Under the pieces are notes generated by a model that was given only the letters and a program-made list of their open reading frames with translations, had not been told where the DNA came from and did not search any database. A stretch of DNA of 64,000 bases, taken from NCBI GenBank assembly GCA_963722385.1, contig CAVRKK010000002.1, positions 960,001-1,024,000 of the forward strand, in the 5' to 3' direction. The position numbers and the translations under genes are program-made. Source of the DNA: an uncultured bacterium. GTDB lineage: Bacteria; Babelota; Babeliae; Babelales; Babelaceae. This document shows positions 42,066 to 52,600 of the stretch, piece by piece; positions within the stretch are counted from its first letter, which is position 1; each line of letters opens with the position of its first letter.

Positions 42066-43547
42066 TTATGGTAAAGCTGGGTTGGGCGCGTAAAGTTCGG
42101 GCAAAAGGATGCTGCCGGCGGCCGAAGGGCGCGGAACATCCAAAATGCTGGCAAGCGTTGGTGCAAGCTGCTGGATGAAGGTTGGTTGATGCACGCGCTT
42201 ATTTTCGAGCACTCCTTGCTGATACAAAATGAGCGGAACATGCGTATCATAGGCATAAGGCGTTTGGTAGACATGGTCCTGATGAGTTATGAGCATATAT
42301 GGCCGGACAAGATATATGAGGTCGCCACTTCTGCCAGGATACGCCTGGTTTTTTAAATAGGATCGTACATTGGTAGATTCGACGGGTAGCTTGATGAGCT
42401 CGTCCAGCGTCCATGCATCCTGGATGCCCGCTTGCGTCCGGAGGAATTTTTTAAGGTCCTCCCAAAGAGCCCTTTTTACGATAGTATCAACTGATGATAA
42501 TAGTGCTTGATCGAGATAGACTGACACTCCTGTGCACTTTTTGATAAGGCATGGGGCGATACCATAGCGCTGATAAACGAAACGATTAAGAGCATCCGTG
42601 AGTTCGCCCGTGGACATCTTCTGCGCTAAAGAGAAGCTCTCATTTTGTAACTTTTCTTGTTGGCAGGGCGCTGCTTGACCAGACGTAAGCACGAATAAGG
42701 CATCCTGGGCGTTAACTTTTCTATAAACAGCACGTATAAATTTTGTTAAAAGGGTATCAAGCTGCTGAAGGCGGCGAGCGCTTTGGGCACCATTAAAACC
42801 GAGCCAAAGGACGAGGTTTTTGCTTGGTTCACTGCTCAAGTGTTGGCTTAAGCACGTATAAGCAAGATCTATCAAAAGTACATCACTTTGGTGGCCATCG
42901 AGAATTTCAGGCTTTGACGTTTCGAGCACGGTTTCAATATGGGTTTGCTTGTTCCAACTGCTTAACCAGGGCGGTAGTTGGGTGCAAAACGCTCTGCTGG
43001 TGGTAAAAGCTTTTTCTTGAGGATCAAGCCAAAAAGGCTTGCCCTGTCGTCCAGCCAAAAGGATAGCAGGGGCGCTATCGCGGGCAAGGGCGTAGACGGT
43101 AAAGCGACTGCTTGAGCTCAGCGCTAGCTGATCGGCAAGCGTATCAACGGCAAGATAATGGGCCGATTTGCCAATGGGTTTAGGGTGCGATGAAAATACC
43201 GCGCCTTGGCATTGGTCATCATCGGCGTGAATAAGCTGGTAAGATTGATCAAGCCAACTATTATCGACGATGCCGTGATCATGGGGCAATGCCCCCGTTG
43301 AAATAGTTGCATACGATGGTGCTATGCTTGGTAGACCGAGCGGGACGGTCACGTTGGTGTATGAGATACCTTTATCATGCAAAAACTTAAGCCCCCCATT
43401 GAATGTAGAGCTGCTGTTTATGAAATCATGATAGCCAAGATGATCGATAACCGCGATGATGGTAACCCGCGGGGTACGAGCAATCGCTGACAATTGCTGA
43501 GTCATGAATAAATTAACCAAAGTGAGCAAAATAGGGAGCTTTCTCAT
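42066..43547 (-). CDS. Alkaline phosphatase superfamily (PafA-like) protein with degenerate active site
   Basis: ATISTGALPHDHGIVDNSW, TLADQL, RSGDL, YDTHVPL. Confidence 0.75.
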   Translation of the reverse strand: MRKLPILLTLVNLFMTQQLSAIARTPRVTIIAVIDHLGYHDFINSSSTFNGGLKFLHDKGISYTNVTVPLGLPSIAPSYATISTGALPHDHGIVDNSWLDQSYQLIHADDDQCQGAVFSSHPKPIGKSAHYLAVDTLADQLALSSSSRFTVYALARDSAPAILLAGRQGKPFWLDPQEKAFTTSRAFCTQLPPWLSSWNKQTHIETVLETSKPEILDGHQSDVLLIDLAYTCLSQHLSSEPSKNLVLWLGFNGAQSARRLQQLDTLLTKFIRAVYRKVNAQDALFVLTSGQAAPCQQEKLQNESFSLAQKMSTGELTDALNRFVYQRYGIAPCLIKKCTGVSVYLDQALLSSVDTIVKRALWEDLKKFLRTQAGIQDAWTLDELIKLPVESTNVRSYLKNQAYPGRSGDLIYLVRPYMLITHQDHVYQTPYAYDTHVPLILYQQGVLENKRVHQPTFIQQLAPTLASILDVPRPSAAGSILLPELYAPNPALP

Positions 43548-43701
43548 GGAATCCTTACAAAGAGCGACATGATTTAATTTATTCAAAGTATAAAGGATTA
43601 TCGGGGGTCTGTTAAGCAACATCCCATGTTAAGTATTCTTCGGGGCTATTCCGGCGAAGCCTGGCATTTTGTGCACCTTGAGTAAGGCGAAGCGCTACCT
43701 C

Positions 43702-45117
43702 TTAGGTATATTTATACAAAGGGAGAAGAAGGCTTGCAATAATCCACCGCAGCTCAGGAGGCAGGCGAAGAATCGAGCTCGGTTGACTGGTTGTGGGCTG
43801 TGTTGTTGCTTCCTCTTCTTCTTCTTCACGCTCTTTCTCTTTCTCTTGTTTACTTTCTTGCTCCGCCGTCGTTGCGGTAAGAAGAATTCTTCCTACATCT
43901 CGTGCGTAAAGATACGTGGAAAGCATGTCTCTTAAGTGTATATAGATAGTTGTTGTATCTTCAGGGAGATTATAATGGGAGAGCATCTCCATGCGCTCGG
44001 CAACAGGGAGAATATCAAGATCCAAATATCGATTAAAATCAAGGTTAAGGATTGCGGCTACGAGATCTTTATGCTGTTGAGCAGCAGCTACCATAAGGGT
44101 GTTTTCTAAGGCTTGTGTAAAATCAGGGCCTCTCAAGAGGTCGCTACCAACTAAGAGGTTGAACGCCTCAAGCTGATTTCTCAGTCCAGTTGCTTCAAGG
44201 GCTTGTTGGAGCACTGGTTGCGCAAGTCGTCCGCTCAAATTGTTGAGGATAAAGCTGAGTATTTCAAGATTGCCGTGGGCGGCAGCAAAAATGACAGCCT
44301 CGTTAATGGTGGTTTGTTCCTTATGAGAGAGGTAAAATTTTCTTAGTTTCCACTTCGCGAGTATACTGAGCGCTTCCTCGTTTCTCCCCTCCATAAGGGC
44401 GATCAGGAGTGGGCCAAGCCTATCTTTTAACAGCATAACGTTTTGTTCAAAATCTACAAAAGGGTAATCGAAGAGTTCATTAAGTGCTTTATAACTATCG
44501 CTGTTTAGGTCAATGTGCAACAGCAACCAAAGTAACATCGCTGATTCCCTAGCAAGATTCTCCGGCGGAACCTCTTCGCCTGTTTTGCAATCTTTTTGCG
44601 TCCGGATAAAGTCATCATGAGCTAGGTCAAACAGGTCATTTTGAATTTTTACATCATTAAAATTACCGCCGTATCGCGTAAGTTCAACAAAAAAATCCAC
44701 CGGCATGAACATTATAGCATCGCCGAGCACCGCCGCGTTTACGGTAATTCCCCGTTTGAGCAGCAGTGTGGCTATAGCTTGTGCTTCTCGTGGATCTGCG
44801 TATGCGTTAGAAGCTCTTTTCATGGCTATTTGTAGAAGGTTGTTGTTCTTACGGGAAATAATGTTTATGTTAGCGCCGGCATCAAGAGCTTGCTTAACTT
44901 CTCTAACTTCATCCCTTTTTACTGCTTGAGTAAGTTGTTTGGTAGCTTTTTCTATTTCTTCGGAGCTGAATATTTTTTGTTTTTTTGATGGCGGTTGTTT
45001 CGAGCCTTCTGGAAGCTCGGATTCATTATCCCGTTCTCGTTTGTTTGGGCTCTCCATGCTATAGGTGATCGAAGAAAGAGCTATCAACACAAAAAATAAA
45101 GATTGATTTATTTTCAT
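43702..45117 (-). CDS. Exported ankyrin-like protein with C-terminal F-box-like motif
   Basis: ALDAGANIN, AAAHGNLEIL, terminal ILRLPPELRWII. Confidence 0.8.
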   Translation of the reverse strand: MKINQSLFFVLIALSSITYSMESPNKRERDNESELPEGSKQPPSKKQKIFSSEEIEKATKQLTQAVKRDEVREVKQALDAGANINIISRKNNNLLQIAMKRASNAYADPREAQAIATLLLKRGITVNAAVLGDAIMFMPVDFFVELTRYGGNFNDVKIQNDLFDLAHDDFIRTQKDCKTGEEVPPENLARESAMLLWLLLHIDLNSDSYKALNELFDYPFVDFEQNVMLLKDRLGPLLIALMEGRNEEALSILAKWKLRKFYLSHKEQTTINEAVIFAAAHGNLEILSFILNNLSGRLAQPVLQQALEATGLRNQLEAFNLLVGSDLLRGPDFTQALENTLMVAAAQQHKDLVAAILNLDFNRYLDLDILPVAERMEMLSHYNLPEDTTTIYIHLRDMLSTYLYARDVGRILLTATTAEQESKQEKEKEREEEEEEATTQPTTSQPSSILRLPPELRWIIASLLLPLYKYT

Positions 45118-45301
45118 AATATTCCTTTAGCCAAGGACATAATTTATTTTAATAACACTATAATGGCATTAAAATGGCAAATTTGTCAATATTTTAAAAA
45201 TTAGACTAAAGGTTGGATGCTTTTTGTCTCTGGCATGCTTTTCTAGAAAAGCAAAAAGAGGCAAGCGATAAACCGCGGGACCTTCCTCGGCGACTTCCCT
45301 T

Positions 45302-46828
45302 TTAGGTATTCTGCGGGGCTATCCCAGAGAAGGCGTGCTGCATTATATGCACCCTGAGCTCGGGTGGTAGATTGAAAGGGGAAGGTTGCGCTATGCTTTG
45401 TTGCTGAGCAGCAAGTTCAAAAAGATCTCTTCTCATTCTCGTCTGATCATAGCTAAGAAGAAAGTTATAAATTGTTTTATAACTCTTTACGGATTCCTCG
45501 GTGAGAGTCCCATTATACATAAGAATAGTTAAGTGAGAAATAAGCTCATCGAGATCTAAGTAACTTCTGCCAAACTCTCGATGAGCCGTAGCAGAGGCTT
45601 GCAGATCTCTTTCGACGATAGCTTGCACCGTAGCAGCGTGCCGTTGCCCGCAAGCGAACAATAAGGCGTGGTTGAGGATTCTTCTGCCTTCTGGTGTGTC
45701 AAGGTTAATGAATTGACAAAGTACTCGTACGGTATCTGTCTGGTTATTTAAAGCAGCTGTGTAAAGAGCTCGCTTCCAGGTGAATAAAGTAAAAACATCT
45801 TTAAAGTAGTGGATAAAGGTATGGATTAAATTTTTGTTGCCTTGACTACAAGCTATCAAAAACGCTCCTGTTATGTCATGCATATTATCTTCGGTGAGTT
45901 TGCCTGTCAATAAGGCGTTATGGAGCTTTTTCAATAGTGCGGTTGCTTTTTGTGTTTTATTTATCAAAACAGCCCACATCAGGGGGGATAACTTTGCTGC
46001 TAGGTAAGTTGCTGATCGACGCTGATGCGGCCGAGCGCCCAATGCTAGCAATTGGTAAATATAGGCTGGGAGAGGTCCTTCTTCACGCAATATTTGATTT
46101 AATGCTTCGTCGCGTGGTGTCTCATCATAATCTTCTTCGTTGTTAATACCAGTGACATGTATAAGGAGATTTAATGCTTCATCGAGTGGCGTGATGTCAT
46201 CATAATCTTCTTCGTTAATACCGGCACCATACATAAGGAGAGTCAAAACAGTAGGTAGGTATCCACATCGTGCTGCTCGGTGTAGTGCTCCTTTTCCTCT
46301 ATTATCGATCGCATTAACGGGCGACCCTAAATCAAGGAGAAGCTCAACGATATCACCGCTGACATCATACTTAGCCGCCTCAAGGAGAGGAAGTCGTTCA
46401 TAATCAGGAACAACATGAGCGCCTTCCTGTATAGCTCGTGAGGCGCCTTCTAGGTCTTGTTGCTGTATAGCTTGTATTAACTTGTCTTGTATTGTTTTCC
46501 AATCGTCAATGATTTTCTTAATCCAATCGGCAAATGGCTGATGTCCGTTCGCTGCCGCAATTTGATCAAGGCTTTGCCCCTGACTGTTTCTAGCTAAAAA
46601 GTTTGCTCCATCTTTAATAGCGCGCTCTCCGGCCTCAATATTTCCTTGTTCTGCTGCTTCGCGTAATGCGGTATCTTCTGTCGCCTCTTTCTCGCCGTAA
46701 TTTTTTTCAGGATCAGTTTCTCTTTGCGTATAATTTTGCTCTTTTTCTTTTTCAGGGCCATCCATCGAATTCAGAGGTATTACCAAGCCAAGCGCAAAAA
46801 AAAGAATAATTTTAGGAAATAGTTTCAT
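45302..46828 (-). CDS. Exported ankyrin protein with C-terminal F-box-like motif
   Basis: GKGALHRAA, terminal FNLPPELRVHI. Confidence 0.82.
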   Translation of the reverse strand: MKLFPKIILFFALGLVIPLNSMDGPEKEKEQNYTQRETDPEKNYGEKEATEDTALREAAEQGNIEAGERAIKDGANFLARNSQGQSLDQIAAANGHQPFADWIKKIIDDWKTIQDKLIQAIQQQDLEGASRAIQEGAHVVPDYERLPLLEAAKYDVSGDIVELLLDLGSPVNAIDNRGKGALHRAARCGYLPTVLTLLMYGAGINEEDYDDITPLDEALNLLIHVTGINNEEDYDETPRDEALNQILREEGPLPAYIYQLLALGARPHQRRSATYLAAKLSPLMWAVLINKTQKATALLKKLHNALLTGKLTEDNMHDITGAFLIACSQGNKNLIHTFIHYFKDVFTLFTWKRALYTAALNNQTDTVRVLCQFINLDTPEGRRILNHALLFACGQRHAATVQAIVERDLQASATAHREFGRSYLDLDELISHLTILMYNGTLTEESVKSYKTIYNFLLSYDQTRMRRDLFELAAQQQSIAQPSPFNLPPELRVHIMQHAFSGIAPQNT

Positions 46829-47004
46829 GCGAAGCTCCTATAATTTTTTTATTTTCCTTTATAGTATATATTTTTTGATAAAAATAATCAATAAAGCTAA
46901 ATCTTAAAGCTAGCTTACAAATGGGCAAATCGAGTTAAAAAATTCTACTTGGCGGAATATTAATGTTGTCGATGTCCTATCATATGCCAAAAGCCAGGAT
47001 ATAA

Positions 47005-49272
47005 TTATGAGTGTTTAGAAGTTGCTTTATGCAGGGGGTGTAAGACGAATGGCATGAGCAGGGCTAAAAGTTCGGGGGGTAAGCGTTGGGTGTGGAAGGT
47101 AGCTTGACCGATATCAAGACCACGTGCATGGGTGCGCAAAAGCGATCCTGCTTGTGCAGCCTGTATATCTTGTAGAAGGCCCTCAAGTTGCTTTCGTTCT
47201 TGGCTAGAAAGTCTCGGCAGTGCTAATCGTTGGGTAAGTGCCTGCTCGATGGTGGTGAGGTCGAGAGCAATGTTATGCTGAAAAGCGGTGTGCAAGATCC
47301 AACGGACGGTATCACGGTGTCGTTGAGCGAGCGCAGCGGATAGTGCAGAGCCGAATATATCTGGGTGTGATAATAAATTTGTTGCTGTGGGTGATAAGTC
47401 TGATGCAGTTTGAAAGATTGCTTGCAGAGCATCAGTATTGCCAACCAGAGCTGCCCGGGCAAAGCCTGAGGCGAGGTGGATTTGTCCGGGCAGATGCTCG
47501 AGGATCATATTCAATACGGTATTATTACGCTGTCCGATAGCAAGAAGGAATACCTGCTGAAGCAGATCTACGTCTTCGTGAGTAAGTTCATCATTGTTGG
47601 CTTTTTCTTGCAAGTGGGCAAATAGGGATAAGGCTTCTTTTTGTAATTGTTGATATCTTGGTTTTTGAGCATTTAGGTCGGCGGGATCTAAAGATGCAAT
47701 TGTATATGCACGTAATGGTGAATCTTTGATGTTAAGGGCGACCAACCTTTTTAGTGATGGAGTCCAACCATATTCAAACAGTACGTAATCAAGAGCTCGG
47801 GGAGGACTATGGAGCGCATGAGGAGCAGAGAAATTGAGGTTTGCACCAAGGAGCATAAATTGAGTAAGTTGTTCGGACGTAATTTCGGTCTGCGAGCTAT
47901 CGATGAAAGCAAAGAGTGGGGTGTTACCTCTATTAATCATGCGACTTCTTATCGACATATTGCTGGGGAGAGGAATGTTAATGTCAGCACCATGAGCAAC
48001 TAAGAGCCGTACGAGTTCTAAAGCGTGAGCGCTGGTAGCCGCCAAGATTATGGCCGGAGCTCCGGTTTCATCGAGAGCGTCCGCGTGAGCCCCATCTGCA
48101 AGAGCATTTCTGGTTGCTTCAATGTCATCGTGTTGAATAGCATGTATGAGTTTCGAATTAAGCTCTTGTTGGGCCATATTGCCAGCTATCTCAGAGTACA
48201 TGCTATAGAGATAATTAAGAAAGTACTCAAGTTTGCTCCGTTCTTCCTGAGAAAGGGTATTGATACTTAATCGTTGAAGAAGAGCATGTTCAAAAATGGT
48301 CGGGTCGATCGCTATTTTATTTTTTTTAGCGATACGGAAGATTTCAAATATGGCTTCATACCGTTTTTGAGCAAGCGCATGAACCAACGCTCTTGCGAAG
48401 ATGTTTGCCCATGGCAAGTCGCCGTTGGTTGCATAAATGTCTCGTAGAGCCAGGATGTCGCCGATGAGGGCAGCATGTAGAAAGCTCGAGGGAAGGTCAA
48501 GGTATTGAGCAAAGCGCACGAGGAGTACGCTTGCTAAGTTATTATCCCTCTGTGCAATAGCGAGGAGGAATGCTTGTTGAAGTAATTGCGTATCTTCGGC
48601 AGTAAGCGTGTTATTTTTTGCTTTCTCGGTTAATTCGTCAAGTTTGGGTAATTCATACGCCGGACTATACGTAGCTATGCCAAAAGCCAGCGATGATGGG
48701 TCATAGATTTGGGCTACTATCCGATCACGACTTGATGCAGGCCTATAACCGTGGAGAAATAACAAATTACCGATAGAAGGAGGGTAGTCATCGATGGAGG
48801 CCCCTTCTGGCAGATTTGCGTGAGCACCGAGGAGCATAAATTGTGTAAGCATATCAAAAGTAATTTCTTGTTGTTGCGCCAGGTTGTGAGCAATAAAAAC
48901 AAAAAGTGGGGTTGTACTTTGAGAAATAGGTGTACCTCGATACTTCAGTTTTGTAGGGCTCGGAGTATTAATATCAGCACCGTGCTCTATCAAGAGCCGT
49001 AAAAGATGTAAAGCGTCGGGCATGACAGCTGCTAGAATAACAGCAGGAATTTTTGCTGCTGTGCCGTAGGCATTGGCATGAGCTCCGCGCTCGAGAGCGC
49101 TTTGGGTCGCTTCTATGTTATTAGCTAAAATCGCATCAATGAGCGATTGATCCAATTCTTGTTGCTCAATCGAAACTTTTTCTTGGGGTTTGGTCGGATG
49201 TTCCATAGCACCGAGGTTGTGAGTAGATGCTAAAGCTCCAGCCAAAATAAAAAAAATGTATAATTTCATCAA
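47005..49272 (-). CDS. Exported ankyrin-like protein, internally duplicated, with C-terminal F-box-like motif
   Basis: Two modules (LLxxHGADIN, QFMLLGA, LLQQxFLLAI, ALAQ); terminal RLPPELLALL. Confidence 0.8.
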   Translation of the reverse strand: MMKLYIFFILAGALASTHNLGAMEHPTKPQEKVSIEQQELDQSLIDAILANNIEATQSALERGAHANAYGTAAKIPAVILAAVMPDALHLLRLLIEHGADINTPSPTKLKYRGTPISQSTTPLFVFIAHNLAQQQEITFDMLTQFMLLGAHANLPEGASIDDYPPSIGNLLFLHGYRPASSRDRIVAQIYDPSSLAFGIATYSPAYELPKLDELTEKAKNNTLTAEDTQLLQQAFLLAIAQRDNNLASVLLVRFAQYLDLPSSFLHAALIGDILALRDIYATNGDLPWANIFARALVHALAQKRYEAIFEIFRIAKKNKIAIDPTIFEHALLQRLSINTLSQEERSKLEYFLNYLYSMYSEIAGNMAQQELNSKLIHAIQHDDIEATRNALADGAHADALDETGAPAIILAATSAHALELVRLLVAHGADINIPLPSNMSIRSRMINRGNTPLFAFIDSSQTEITSEQLTQFMLLGANLNFSAPHALHSPPRALDYVLFEYGWTPSLKRLVALNIKDSPLRAYTIASLDPADLNAQKPRYQQLQKEALSLFAHLQEKANNDELTHEDVDLLQQVFLLAIGQRNNTVLNMILEHLPGQIHLASGFARAALVGNTDALQAIFQTASDLSPTATNLLSHPDIFGSALSAALAQRHRDTVRWILHTAFQHNIALDLTTIEQALTQRLALPRLSSQERKQLEGLLQDIQAAQAGSLLRTHARGLDIGQATFHTQRLPPELLALLMPFVLHPLHKATSKHS

Positions 49273-49602
49273 ATAACCTAATCTGAGTATGATTATTTCA
49301 AGTATTAATACTTTTTAGAATAAAGTCAAGGAATTTAAAGCTTGCTAAGGCCGGCACCATTTAGGGACCAATAATTATTGGTGTTTAGACGTTGATTTAT
49401 GCAGAGGACAAAATAAAATTTTTTCGAATTAGCTGCATAATCGATGCGTTGGATAAGAAAAGGAGCCTTTTTACGTAAAATTCTCAAGACCCATGAATAA
49501 CTAAGCTAGATTTTTTCTTTGTGTGCTATAAGCTTTTTCTATGATTGGCAGTTTTGACACTTGTCTATAATAGAGAAAATTTGTTTTACAGGAGCGAGGA
49601 AA

Positions 49603-52600
49603 ATGCTTGAGTATATGAAGCTGACAGTATTAGTAGTATGTGCCTTGTTAGGGATGATACCTGCTTATGGGATGGAGGTAAGGCCTAAGGGTAATAAGTT
49701 TTTTGAGTATGTAAAAAAAGGTGATCTGGAAGCTTTAAGTGCTTTCCTCGGCTATAAAAGATCTGCTAAGAGCCTTGACCTAGGCGTAAGGGATGGTGCT
49801 GGTTGGCAGCCACTCCATTGTGCTGTAGAAAGTGGTAATATGCAGATAGTCCGACTTCTTATCAGATATGGTGCAGATGTAAATGCGCAAATAGAAGATA
49901 ACGAAGGAGAGCGACCATTACATTTGGCAGCTCGAGCTGGAAATGAAGAAATTATTTTAGACCTCGTAGCAGCAGGAGCTAGCCCAGATTTAGCCGATAA
50001 CAATGGAAGATTGCCTATTTACTATGCTGAGAATATATTAGCTTTATCTGTAGGTTCTTCAGGTAGCTCAGTAGGTTCGGTAAAGAACATTCGAGCAAAA
50101 ACCGCCGATAGACAAATAAAAAGAGAGATGGCAGGTAGGCTTTCTATTACGATAGAAGAGCACAATCAAAGGCTACTTGATGCCCTTTTGCGCGGTGACT
50201 TTGTAACTGCGCAACTACTTTATGAGCAAGCTGGTAATGTCAATTTTCAGGATGCTTTTGGTAATCAGCTCATACACCACGTAGTAAACCAAGGTTCGAT
50301 AACTGCCCTTGAATGGCTTCTTGTGTATGGGGCTGACATCAATGCACGGAATAGAGATGGAAACAGGCCGGTACGTATAGCAGCTCTTAAAGGGCATGCT
50401 CAGATTGTGCAATGGCTTATTAAGCAAGGAGCCAGCCTTAATGATCAAGATGAACAGAAGCCGAAAGCTAAAGAAAGGATAGACAGCCCGTCTTTTAGCG
50501 ATACCGTTTTACCAACAGTTTCAAAAGAGACAAATTTTGAAATATCGTTACGTCATTTGAAACGCTATTATATGATCCATGAGGTGCTTATCGATGCTGC
50601 CAAGCAAGGAAACATAAGACGAGCACAGAATGCTTTGGCGGCAGGTGCTCAGATTGATGCGAGAGATAATCATGGTCGCACTCCTATGCATCATGCTGCA
50701 CGAGAAGGGCATATTCATTTTATAAAATGGCTTATTAACCAGGGTGCTCAAGTAAATGATCGAGATAACATTGGACAAGAGCCAATACATGAGGCTGCCT
50801 ATGGAGGTTATGGAGTTCACTTAGAAATTGTCCAGCTGCTTGTTGAGCATGGCGCTCAAATTAGAGCTTGTGATGATTGGAAAAGAGAGCCTATTCACTT
50901 TGCTGCGGCTAAAGGATTTTTAGATATCATACAATGGTTGTTTGAGCACGGTGCTGATATTTGCGCACAGGATGGTCATAAAAATCAAGCGATACATTGG
51001 GCTGCTCATGCAGGCCAGCTTGAAGTTGTTAAATCGCTTATCTCTGGAGCTGCATCTAAACAACGCCAGTCGGGCACCATTGGCGCCGAAGCTGGCGAGC
51101 GCGTTATGGATAGCAATGCTCTTGAGCGTGAGCGCGGTAAGATTTATGATGAATATTCTGATGAATATCATAAGATTTATGATGAATATTCTGGTGAATA
51201 TTCTATTACTGGTGAATATTCTATTAAATATAAAGGTGGTGCCGATATTAATGCTCGAGGTGAAGATGATCGAACGCCTCTTCATGAAGCTGCATCTGAA
51301 GGTCATTTAAAATTGGTAGAATGGATTTTATATTATGGAGGTGGAGCCGACCTAAATGCCGAAGATAGCGAAGGTCGAACTCCCTTGCACTGTGCGGCTT
51401 CTAAGGGGCATCTAAGCATAATAGAGTTTCTTAGTAAGCGTGGTGCAGATCTGAGCAAGTCAGATAGCAATGGATTAATGCCTATACACTATGCTGTTAT
51501 TGGTGGGCACCTAGAAGTTGCTCAATGGATCTCAGGTCAGCCTACGACTAGAGCACCAGGCAGTAAAACTCATGTTGAGCGGGGTTTTAGAAGCTCGTGT
51601 CAAGAACTTATGACTTATGCTGCACAAGGAGGGCATTTAGATATTCTAAGATGGGTTAGTAGCGGAGCTGAATCGACTGATTGGGATGATTGTAGACATA
51701 TAGCTGCATCAAAGGGGCATTTGCATATTGTTAAATGGCTTATACTGATGGACAAAGGGTATAGTGATCGTGCTCTGCATTACGCTGCAGAAGGGGGACA
51801 TTTAGCTGTTCTTAAATGGCTTGCTGAATGGAAGTTTAAGTTAAACTTTAATGATGATCTTCTTGAAATAGAAGCTGCATTTGCTGGTGATTCAGTAAAT
51901 AGCTCTGGGCATAACGAGTTTAGTTCAGGGGCTCATTTTGGTTCTCCTTGTCCTTATCTACTAGGGGGGTATACCACTTCAGCTTCCCGCCTGGAGGCGT
52001 ATACCTTTCCACGTCCCACCATAACCGATGAGGTTAATCGTAGGGATCCTCAGGGGCGTACGCCTTTACATTTTTGGGTTAAACACAATGATTTACCTGG
52101 ATTAGAATGGTTAATCGAGCAGGGTGCTAATATTAACGCTCAGGATTATGATGGGTACGGAGTCTTACATAGAGCTGCTCAAGCAGGTAATTTAGAGGTT
52201 GTACAGTGGCTCGTAGAGCAAGGCGCTGATTTGACTGCTTTGACCAATGATTTGCTTAGCCCTGTAGACGTAGCCGAGACGGCAGGACATTTGAGTATTA
52301 GTCAATGGCTTAGTGAGAAAAAGAAAGAATTACATTTTCCACGTAGCAAAAGGTTATTGAGTAAAGCGGACCAACAAAGAGTAAATAAATATCTAGAAGA
52401 TGCTCTCGTAAAAAGGGACGTAAAGCTTGTTCAAAATGCTCTAGGTGCTGGGGCAAATGTTAAAAATTACGCCTTTTTGTTTGATGTGCTGCGTAAGACT
52501 CTATTTGGTTTAAATAAGGAAGGCTTAGGTGGAGTATCCTTTGGAGAAACAGACTTAGGGATTATTAAGTTGCTTATCGATAATGGTTTTGATATCAACG

